This document shows positions 21,434 through 29,522 of a stretch of DNA of 64,000 bases, piece by piece. The notes under the pieces are model-generated. The model was not told the origin of the DNA and made no database searches. It saw nothing but the letters and a program-made list of their open reading frames with translations. The DNA is from Candidatus Poribacteria bacterium (GTDB lineage: Bacteria > Poribacteria > WGA-4E > PCPOR2b). The DNA lies in contig OZ220744.1 in NCBI GenBank assembly GCA_965116925.1, positions 2,336,001-2,400,000 of the forward strand. The letters are read 5' to 3'. A program made the translations under genes and the position numbers. How positions within the stretch are numbered: position 1 is the stretch's first letter; each line of letters starts with the position of its first letter.

Positions 21434-21796
21434 TTATTCGTATTCGATAATTGCGGCGATTGCCGCGGTAATCTCTTGCATAAGTATTGCGCTGAGTCTG
21501 CCTCGTCTGCTAATAAAGCGTGTCACATCCACTCCCCGAATTTGCAGCGTGTCAACGGCTGAAACTTTTGTCAGGCCGTTCATACCACTGGGTTCAATAT
21601 AAACATGCCAGATGTTTCTTGAAAACCGGTTTTGCCAACCGGTGATTGGGGATACCAACTTAATCGGCAAATGTCCCACGCCGTCGGAACTAATAACTAC
21701 AGCGGGACGGATTTTCTGAATCTCTGCGCCAATCGTCGGATCGAAGTTTAGATCCCAAACCTCTCCCCGACGCGGATTAGGTGGATTTGTATTCAA
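21434..21796 (-). CDS. PemK/MazF family toxin (endoribonuclease)
   Basis: PRRGEVWDLNFDPTIGAEIQKIRPAVVIS, NGLTKVS, DTLQIRGVD; overlaps the end of the upstream gene; exact start uncertain (TTG 21796 or 21814). Confidence 0.9.
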   Translation of the reverse strand: MNTNPPNPRRGEVWDLNFDPTIGAEIQKIRPAVVISSDGVGHLPIKLVSPITGWQNRFSRNIWHVYIEPSGMNGLTKVSAVDTLQIRGVDVTRFISRRGRLSAILMQEITAAIAAIIEYE

Positions 21797-23309
21797 CGAG
21801 GTCTCCCCCTTCAAGTTCGCGCCATTCGGGATCGTTTTGGTAGTATTCGACCATCCGCTTTGCTTGTTCCCTCAGTAGGCTGCGCCTCGAATCTGTTGGT
21901 AGTTCTAAAAAAGCACGACGTTCAAGAAGCGATTGAGGTGAAGGAATTTCTAGGGTAGTATTAAGCAATTGGTCAGCTTCTCGCGCTTCTATTACTCCTT
22001 CGGAAAGCGCACGAAACACCTGCTGATGAAATCGCTCTGGTTTTTCGGAAGGTATCTCAATCGGTTCCCGTTTTTTCCAACCCAATTTGTTAATGTCCAT
22101 CCACCACCGCTTATAATGAGAGGTATTAATAATTCGCAAATCCTTCAACCGATAAAGAATTGCTTGAATACTCATTCCGTAACGCCGCTTGAGGTACAAA
22201 AGTTCCTCTAGTTGAATATGGCTTCGCTTCTCACCAACTTCCCGGCGCAAGTGCTCGGCCGGCGCGAGGAAAGCAGCACCGAATCGGAAAGCAGCTTTTT
22301 CTTCATTAATACTTTCACTCAATTTTAGGATCAGATGTCCAAGTTCGTGTACCATGTTGAGTCGATGCCGGTCTCCCGGGGTGTCTCGGCGCGTTGCGAC
22401 TGCTGCCGCCAGCACATTTTTGTCGTTATCTCGCACCACAGCAGAGATGCCATCAAAAGTTTCACTGGCATCAACCTCAATGATGTGGATGAAGTGATCT
22501 TCAAGCACACTCACAAGGTTTGCAATTGGATCAATGCCAAGGTTCCATTGCTGGCGAAGCGCGAGGGCTGCACCTTCGGCGTCTCCCAGTTTGTGGACAG
22601 GGAAACCTTGAATCGGGAGTTCAAGGCTGCTCCGTTCACCCATTCGCTCCAGTAGGGAGATCCGTTTCTCTAACACCTCAGCGACAAAACTCTGTAGCTG
22701 TTCCTGTTCTTTCTTACGCATGCGAGCTCGCTTCCGATAGGCAACCCATTCCACCTGATAAGTTGATTCGCCCCACAATTGAGCAGATTTAATTCCCAAT
22801 GCAGCAGCGATTCGATTGAGTGTCATCACCTTGGGTTGCATCTTTCCGCGTTCATATTTTGAAAGTGCTTGCTTGCTAACCAGTCCATCAATAGCAGCCT
22901 CTAGGTCGTCAAGCGACATGCCACGGGCAAGTCTAAATCGCTTCAGCCGTTCACCCACCATGATTGCAGTATCTCTTTGTTCAGTTGTAGGATCTTCTTT
23001 TCTGATGTCCATTGAAGACGATTTCTTGCGTGTCGAGGATTTCAGGATTTTACCGGAAGCCTCCATCACTCCAATTGTTGTGTCTTTGTAGTGCTCCAAA
23101 GCCGCCTCAGTGGCTTTGGCGTCCACCCCAACCACGTAAACAGGACCTCTGTATCCTCTAAGCTGCTGGGCGGCATTTGTAACAGTGTCGGCTGTCTCTA
23201 CCTCAATGATTTGATGAGGCGTTTTAATATCTGGACCTGGGCCCTGATTATAAGAAACGCCTTCCCGAGCCGCGATAAGTTTGGCAGTTTTGTCATGTTT
23301 GGTTGGCAT
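21777..23309 (-). CDS. XRE-HTH / ImmA-IrrE metallopeptidase fusion with extra N-terminal domain and antitoxin-like C-terminal tail
   Basis: HTH: GERLKRFRLARGMSLDDL...VSKQALSKYERG; zinc motif HELGH (HExxH), FGAAFLAP; about 95-aa N-terminal domain; tail RRSLLREQAKRMVEYYQNDPEWRELEGGD. Confidence 0.85.
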   Translation of the reverse strand: MPTKHDKTAKLIAAREGVSYNQGPGPDIKTPHQIIEVETADTVTNAAQQLRGYRGPVYVVGVDAKATEAALEHYKDTTIGVMEASGKILKSSTRKKSSSMDIRKEDPTTEQRDTAIMVGERLKRFRLARGMSLDDLEAAIDGLVSKQALSKYERGKMQPKVMTLNRIAAALGIKSAQLWGESTYQVEWVAYRKRARMRKKEQEQLQSFVAEVLEKRISLLERMGERSSLELPIQGFPVHKLGDAEGAALALRQQWNLGIDPIANLVSVLEDHFIHIIEVDASETFDGISAVVRDNDKNVLAAAVATRRDTPGDRHRLNMVHELGHLILKLSESINEEKAAFRFGAAFLAPAEHLRREVGEKRSHIQLEELLYLKRRYGMSIQAILYRLKDLRIINTSHYKRWWMDINKLGWKKREPIEIPSEKPERFHQQVFRALSEGVIEAREADQLLNTTLEIPSPQSLLERRAFLELPTDSRRSLLREQAKRMVEYYQNDPEWRELEGGDLVEYKST

Positions 23310-23373
23310 TATTTTGTCCTCACATGGTATTCAATGAAGAATTGAGTTTACAAACAGCCCTCAAATCTGCCTA

Positions 23374-23402
23374 ATTATGAATCAAACGGATTAATTTTTC
23401 AA
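23374..23402 (-). promoter_or_regulatory. Sigma70 promoter of the XRE-peptidase/MazF operon
   Basis: TTGAAA-17 nt-CATAAT on the minus strand; region homologous to the pAgo promoter. Confidence 0.7.
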
Positions 23403-23592
23403 GGGAAAAAAAACTAAGGAGAAGAGGGATTTCTTGCACAGTCAAAGTGGGGCAAGGAGGAGGATGCTAGAGAGGCAGTAGGTAACTATTGAATTGAGTT
23501 CAAAAATCAACCGTCGTCATTAGTGTCACATAGATTATCTTTGATATGAGACTTCTGTGGGAGTTGGAAAAGATTTTTCATCAATAGGATCT

Positions 23593-24504
23593 TTATCTTA
23601 GCCGGTCTAATCTTTTTTTTAATTCTGACCGATTAAAGCCTTTTATTCTAAACACCCAATCGACGATCTTCTCTTTAAACAGATTAAGGATTTTTATTTT
23701 ATCTAGCATAATCCCCATCAATCCAACAATTAGGATTCCTATTAGAGGAACAAAAATCTGAATAACACCAATAATTGGTTCTGCTTCAGTCCATTTTCTG
23801 ATGATTAAGGGGACCAACCAATAAGATATAGAACCGAAAAGAAGAACGCTCACCACCATTATGGTGATTTTGACACGGCGTTCAGTTCTTTCTATGAAAC
23901 GAACAAAAGCATCTCTTATATAACCGATGGCTTCCACTTGATGAACAATCGGATAATCCACCAATGCTTTTGAGTACGCTTGTTCGATTACATAAAAATC
24001 CCTCAAATCTGATGTTTCTAGCAAGGCGTGCAGTAAAAGAGGTTGCCATTCTTCCTGTGGAAATTCGCCCTTGTAAAGATCTAACGCGACTTTGTCAATG
24101 GATCTCTGGGGTTGCGGTGGATTAGAAGAGATATCTGGAAACAAGCGGTTGAGAATATAAAAATCCCTTGTTGAATGATTCTGGCAATATGATTTTAGAT
24201 TTCCCCTTTCTAGTTCAACATTATCTATCGCCATTGCGGATAGGTCAATTAAATTCTTCGTGTAGTGCATCCCGCTTATTGGTCGCTTTCTCCTTTGTGC
24301 TTCTATCAAGTTTGTTAAGTCTTCTTTCGACGGAATACCAGTGCAGAAAATTGAAAGGCAAATTTTTTCAATCTCAGCCAAATCGCCTTCTGTTGGATAA
24401 TTCAAAGGTTTCCTCACTAAAAATCCATAAAACGCTCGTTCCTTTAAGCTGGACTTATCAAGAAGAATCTGCTGTTGTTTTCTTAATTCATCAGTGATGG
24501 GCAT
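23593..24504 (-). CDS. Argonaute-associated membrane protein (putative effector), 303 aa
   Basis: ATG 1 nt after the pAgo stop; soluble N-terminal domain, two C-terminal hydrophobic helices (ITIMVVSVLLFGSISYWLVPLII; IIGVIQIFVPLIGILIVGLMGIML), basic tail; AT-rich like pAgo. Confidence 0.75.
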   Translation of the reverse strand: MPITDELRKQQQILLDKSSLKERAFYGFLVRKPLNYPTEGDLAEIEKICLSIFCTGIPSKEDLTNLIEAQRRKRPISGMHYTKNLIDLSAMAIDNVELERGNLKSYCQNHSTRDFYILNRLFPDISSNPPQPQRSIDKVALDLYKGEFPQEEWQPLLLHALLETSDLRDFYVIEQAYSKALVDYPIVHQVEAIGYIRDAFVRFIERTERRVKITIMVVSVLLFGSISYWLVPLIIRKWTEAEPIIGVIQIFVPLIGILIVGLMGIMLDKIKILNLFKEKIVDWVFRIKGFNRSELKKRLDRLR

Positions 24505-24505
24505 C

Positions 24506-26533
24506 TTATATGAACCAAAGTTTATCATTTAATTTATCCAGAATCGCATAGTCCCAATCGGGTACTTTTTTAAGTTCATATACCATTTTCGCCATGAGGT
24601 TTGGATATTTTATGGTAACAGGTTTACTAGCAGGAATAAATGAACGGTAAGAAAGGTGAGTAAAATAAAGTACTTGTCTCGTGATTTCGTAAATGTCCCT
24701 GTATTCTGACCTTTTATCCAATCGTACCTGTATTGGAACAACAGAACGACCTCCCAAGTGAAGCAGTGCTTGTCGATATGACAACTGAATAAACGTTCCG
24801 CGAGCCGGTGCGTGGCGTCCTTGATTCGCGAAAATTCTGAAGTTGTGATTGTAGCTGAGATGCACCAGACTATATTGAATATCATACGCCTTAAAATGTT
24901 TGAGGGCATTACTAACAGCTTCCAATTCATACTCCCTGCCCGCCTCCTTAAATAAGTGAAATATAAGTCGAACCCTATCTCCTTCTGATAAACCTTGCTT
25001 ATCGAAAGCTTGCACCAGAGTATCTATAAGATACCTTTCAAGATTTTTTGCATATTCGCCCATTGTGCTTAATTGGCTACAATCTCCAACAAGATACGTA
25101 CCATTATAATCAAAAACGTTGGCAAAACCGATAATCCATTCTCCACTATCGTCAGTCGTGGACCCGACTCCTATAATGAGCTCAGAGATATCTTTTTGAG
25201 ATTTCTCTATTGTCCACGCTGTACCCCCGAGTTTAGAATAGACATTGAGAGCAAAATCATTGTTTATAATATCATCATTTTTTCTAAGAACCTCTATTGT
25301 TAGATCTTGAGTTGGTAGTCGTTGGTTCAATAACTTCGCTTTTGTCAAATAATAGGGGGACCGAAGCGTATCAATTTCCTTGTCCTGCTGAGAGAGAAGG
25401 ATGATAGCCAAATTATAATCATTGGCATCTATCTTATCTAAAACGTCAAGGTAAGTTTCTTGCGATTTCACTGTTTTCAGATGAAATTTAACATTCTTTA
25501 AATGGAACAAATCTCGCAATTTATTACCCAATGTCACGATATATTCTTCGATGCTTCCTTCATATTCATCAGGAGAGACAACAAGAATATTCAACCTTTC
25601 ATTGCTAAAAAGATCGAGTGAATACGGACCCAATTCGGATACAACCTCGTTGTAATATCCCGGTCTACTCCTTTCATTGTAATAAAAGTACTTGGGTTTC
25701 CGGATACATGTTGAATTAAAAGAGGCACTTGGCAGGTTAACAAGTATGAAGTTTGAGATTTCCAGTCCGTTTGGAATATAAAGCTTTGATGCAACTTTGT
25801 TGAAGTTCTCAGCACACTTTTTAAGATATTCAAATTCATTACTTGACGATTCTATTCGGTCAAGGTATTTTTCGTAATCTTGCTGCAGTCCTGTCGATTC
25901 TAAGTATCTATAGAGATTATGAGCTGAAGCGACAATTTCTCCTTTATCATTTCGCGTCAACCCACGGGTATCTGTTAAATGACTCGTTATTACTTCTTCA
26001 CTACCAGTAAAAATTGGTTTCATGCGTCTTCTAACAGTTAAAGCAATAACTTGTCTTTTTTCCAGTTTGGAGTAAAGGTTCCTAAGAGAAAATACTAAAG
26101 TTGGCTGCAGAGATAAAGCTCCAAATTGCCTCCGTTTCTCGCTCTTTGATTCGACTTCCCAAGTCGAAGAGTGTTTTTGCCAAAAAACTCGATAATCATT
26201 GCTTCTGAAAAACGTCACAATAGCAAACTCTACGATTTTTGTGAAAATCGGAGCATGTTCTTTAATAGTTATTGTGGCTTCCTCAAAAATGCCAGGCAAT
26301 GATTCGCTAGTTGGCTGAATTTTCCAGATGTATAAGTCACCAGCAGATCTGTAGATGAAGAAATCCGGGTGCTTCTTATACTTAGTGTACAGATCATCTG
26401 AATACGCTGCCTTTAGCAAAGACAGCTTATCTTTATTGAAAACCGTCTCTAAAAAATTGAGCGTCAATCCCTGTCCTATTGGCATAGATTCTTGGGGAAT
26501 ACGGCGGGCAGCTGTGTTATATTTCGTTGACAT
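24506..26533 (-). CDS. Prokaryotic Argonaute, long-B (RsAgo-like), catalytically inactive PIWI
   Basis: MID 5'-phosphate pocket Y-K-Q-K (YYLTKAKLLNQRLPTQ...NVYSKLGG); PIWI motifs PARGT, QVLYFTHLSYRS, PVTIKY, terminal LWFI; catalytic Asp positions replaced (IIGVGS, IFHLFK). Confidence 0.92.
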   Translation of the reverse strand: MSTKYNTAARRIPQESMPIGQGLTLNFLETVFNKDKLSLLKAAYSDDLYTKYKKHPDFFIYRSAGDLYIWKIQPTSESLPGIFEEATITIKEHAPIFTKIVEFAIVTFFRSNDYRVFWQKHSSTWEVESKSEKRRQFGALSLQPTLVFSLRNLYSKLEKRQVIALTVRRRMKPIFTGSEEVITSHLTDTRGLTRNDKGEIVASAHNLYRYLESTGLQQDYEKYLDRIESSSNEFEYLKKCAENFNKVASKLYIPNGLEISNFILVNLPSASFNSTCIRKPKYFYYNERSRPGYYNEVVSELGPYSLDLFSNERLNILVVSPDEYEGSIEEYIVTLGNKLRDLFHLKNVKFHLKTVKSQETYLDVLDKIDANDYNLAIILLSQQDKEIDTLRSPYYLTKAKLLNQRLPTQDLTIEVLRKNDDIINNDFALNVYSKLGGTAWTIEKSQKDISELIIGVGSTTDDSGEWIIGFANVFDYNGTYLVGDCSQLSTMGEYAKNLERYLIDTLVQAFDKQGLSEGDRVRLIFHLFKEAGREYELEAVSNALKHFKAYDIQYSLVHLSYNHNFRIFANQGRHAPARGTFIQLSYRQALLHLGGRSVVPIQVRLDKRSEYRDIYEITRQVLYFTHLSYRSFIPASKPVTIKYPNLMAKMVYELKKVPDWDYAILDKLNDKLWFI

Positions 26534-26589
26534 TTTCCTACTCCTTAATAATATGAATTTGGTTTACAAAAATTTGAGAAAATCGCCAT

Positions 26590-26618
26590 ATTATAAACCA
26601 AACAAATTAATTTAGCAA
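26590..26618 (-). promoter_or_regulatory. Sigma70 promoter of the pAgo operon
   Basis: TTGCTA-17 nt-TATAAT on the minus strand; AGGAG upstream of the pAgo ATG. Confidence 0.75.
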
Positions 26619-26926
26619 GGAAAAAAGGATCTGCTGCAAAATTAAAGTAGGAATAGGAGGGATACTACTGGAGTTCAGGCTGAATTCTGCGTAACGATTT
26701 ACAAATCAGTTACTACAAAGAAGGGGCTGCGTTTCCACGGAATAGGTTTTTCTATCTTGAGAGGAGGTATCAGTAAGGTATTTGACGGGCGGGAAACCCC
26801 GCCCCTACAGGAAGGATAACCGATGGATTTTCAATAAGTAGCAACTCGGGTTTGCATAACAATCTTGATTTAGACACTGGTTTAAATATCCAATGGCATT
26901 ACACTTCTTCCCTTCAATCCGGCGAT

Positions 26927-29146
26927 TTAGGAAGCATCGCCATAAAATGACTGATTTAACGTCTTATCTTCCTCACTGACACCAAAATCCCCGTCCTCTA
27001 TCTCAGAAAGGTTTACATACAATTGGTTCTTATCCAATAGTTTCGCTAGACATTTCTTCTGTTTGTCTATCCCGTTTTCATCTTGACCGATTTCGATGAA
27101 ATCCTCCACCGCATCTTCCGGGACTTCCGGATTCACGTACCAGTTTAGGAATGAGTTTTCAGCGATGTCCCACCAGATTGCGACAAGTTCTTCAGAGGAT
27201 TGAGCGACTTTGATTTTGTCCATAAAGGCTTGATTGTATGGCATCAGTTCGCAATAGATGAAATCGCCGCCGCCCTGATAGTTGACGGATTTGGAGATCC
27301 CGCCGGTGTCGTAGTCAATTTCTTCGATTGGCTTTCCCTCTGCCTTAACTTTTTTGCCGACAGCTTTTTTGAGCCTCCCCATTGTGATGGTTTCCGTGTA
27401 ATCCATCTGTTCAATCGTAATCCATTGTCGGTTCATCTTGTGGGCAACCGCGGCGGTGGTAGCAGAACCTGCGAAGAAGTCGATAACAAGGTCTCCCTCA
27501 ATTGTTGACATTTCTATAATGCGCTTAATTGTTTCTTCAGGTTTCGGGTTGTCAAAGGTTTTGCCATCAAACAACCGTTTCAAGTGTAAAGTTCCCCTTT
27601 CGGAGTTAACTTCTTTATCCCACCATACAGAACGAGCCATACGAGAAGTACCTCGATATTTTTCAACTATTTGATAACGATTCTTCTCTTGCATCGCTTT
27701 GCCACAGATATTGGTATTGAGGTTTTGTTGCGATTTCTCCTTACCCCAACGCCAAACGGTTTGTACGCCCTGAGACTTTGCCGGCAATACTTCGACGAAT
27801 CCTTGATTTTTTTCTAAAGCAATTTCAAAAAAACCATTCTTATCCTGATTCTTCGGATTAAGATAAAAAGGATATACGAGATTTGGACGATTTTTATCAT
27901 TGAACTTTATATTTCTGTTCCGAAGTTCTCTTATCTCAAACCCCCCCCCTTCATCTTCATAAGGAAAGGTTTTATCTTTGTCTTCAATTGGATAAATTTT
28001 ATAGCTATTTGACCTTGAAAAAACATTAATGAATTCGTGCATGTTTGCCACTCCACCATAATCCCTGCCACGAGGATTATTGACTACAGTGATTACCTCA
28101 ATAAAATTTTCATTACCGAGTACCTCGTCCATCAAAACTTTGAGGTACGCTTGCTCGTTATCATCACATTGAACAAAAATAACCCCGTCGTCCCGTAACA
28201 ATTCTCTCGCTACTTCTAACCGATTTTTCATAAACGTCAGCCATGAGGAATGATTAAAGCTATCGTTATAGCCGAAACTATCGCTTCCTGTGTTATACGG
28301 TGGGTCAATGTAAATCAGTTTGACCTTTCCGCGAAACTGGGTTTTCAGAGTGTGCAATGCCAGTAGGTTGTTCCCTTTGATAAGCAAGTTTTCCCGAATT
28401 ACGCCGTTACCATCCCGCTTAATCTCTGTCACCTTCCCCTCACCGTCAGTCGTGTAGCGTTTCCAACCAGTCAACACTTTTGGGTCAAAGAGGCGGTCAA
28501 TCTCGTCTTGCGCTAGGATTTCATTAAAAAATATTTCTTGGCGCTTCTCCTCCTCCTTTGTTTGTCCACCTTCTAGTACACAGTCTTTGTAGGGCCAAAC
28601 CAGAGAAACTTCACCCCGTTCAGGCAGAAATTTGTCCTCAACCTTCAAGCCGATTTTGTTGCGGAAGCGGGTGTAGGAATTGGCGAGGAAGTTTTTGTCG
28701 GAGATGTAGTCAATGAAGGTATTGGTGTTGAAGATATAGTGCCCTTCGATCTCGTCAAAGAATTTTGCCTTCATGTCCGCATCACCCAGCAGCAGCCTCA
28801 CGAAGTCATGGTCAATCTTCCACGCCCGATCTATCACCGCCGCCTTGACTAGCTCGCTTTCGTTGTCAATGAAGCGGCGATCAGTTTTGAGGATGTTGGT
28901 TAATTTTTCGTGAAAAGGCTTTGGCGTGTTAGCATGGCTTTTTCCGGAGGTCGCTGAAGGCAGTGTACTGCCATCTTGTTGATATAGTTCGACGGTCTCC
29001 TCAACAATGCGGCATAGCTCTGAGAAAACCTCTTGTTCATTATCCCCGTGACAGCCACCATAAAAGAGTCCGGGACAACTGCCAACATAGCATTGGTCTT
29101 CATCAGACCATTCGACAATTTTGACGTAACGGTTGCTTGTATTCAT
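26927..29146 (-). CDS. mod: Type III R-M adenine methyltransferase (Mod) with N-terminally fused HicB antitoxin domain
   Basis: IYIDPPYNTG and DFFAGSATT motifs, central TRD; residues 1 to about 70 are HicB-like (YVKIVEWSDEDQCYVGSCPGL...CHGDNEQEV), in frame with no stop. Confidence 0.88.
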   Translation of the reverse strand: MNTSNRYVKIVEWSDEDQCYVGSCPGLFYGGCHGDNEQEVFSELCRIVEETVELYQQDGSTLPSATSGKSHANTPKPFHEKLTNILKTDRRFIDNESELVKAAVIDRAWKIDHDFVRLLLGDADMKAKFFDEIEGHYIFNTNTFIDYISDKNFLANSYTRFRNKIGLKVEDKFLPERGEVSLVWPYKDCVLEGGQTKEEEKRQEIFFNEILAQDEIDRLFDPKVLTGWKRYTTDGEGKVTEIKRDGNGVIRENLLIKGNNLLALHTLKTQFRGKVKLIYIDPPYNTGSDSFGYNDSFNHSSWLTFMKNRLEVARELLRDDGVIFVQCDDNEQAYLKVLMDEVLGNENFIEVITVVNNPRGRDYGGVANMHEFINVFSRSNSYKIYPIEDKDKTFPYEDEGGGFEIRELRNRNIKFNDKNRPNLVYPFYLNPKNQDKNGFFEIALEKNQGFVEVLPAKSQGVQTVWRWGKEKSQQNLNTNICGKAMQEKNRYQIVEKYRGTSRMARSVWWDKEVNSERGTLHLKRLFDGKTFDNPKPEETIKRIIEMSTIEGDLVIDFFAGSATTAAVAHKMNRQWITIEQMDYTETITMGRLKKAVGKKVKAEGKPIEEIDYDTGGISKSVNYQGGGDFIYCELMPYNQAFMDKIKVAQSSEELVAIWWDIAENSFLNWYVNPEVPEDAVEDFIEIGQDENGIDKQKKCLAKLLDKNQLYVNLSEIEDGDFGVSEEDKTLNQSFYGDAS
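27941..27949 (-). repeat. G9 homopolymer inside mod
   Basis: Nine C on the + strand, encoding GGG of EDEGGGF. Confidence 0.7.
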
Positions 29147-29340
29147 TTTTTCGATTCCTCAATAGCGGCTTTGACAGCTTTTTCCTGATAGTGCTTTGCG
29201 TCAGCACGGAGTTGGCCTGAGAGTATCACAGATTTAGGAACTTTCGGATGGACAAATTTCCGATGACTCCCTTTTCCGCCACGGTTTACAAATCCAGCAG
29301 TTTCAAGGTCTTTGGTGAGCTCTCTTATCTTACGTGGCAT
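29143..29340 (-). CDS. hicA: HicA family toxin
   Basis: GFVNRGGKGSHRKFVHP signature; ATGA overlap with the HicB-Mod fusion. Confidence 0.9.
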   Translation of the reverse strand: MPRKIRELTKDLETAGFVNRGGKGSHRKFVHPKVPKSVILSGQLRADAKHYQEKAVKAAIEESKK

Positions 29341-29522
29341 CTGCTATCTGTGCTTGTCTGTAAGTTCATTGGTTTGTTAGTGAGCGTTGGGTTTCACTCT
29401 GGTTATCTGTAAGCGATGTTGTTGAAAAGTAAAAACTTTACTGTTCTTGATAGCGAGACACTTTCAACCGTTCAACCTAACCTACAATACTTGAGGTTAC
29501 GGCATACAGAGTATGCCTACTA

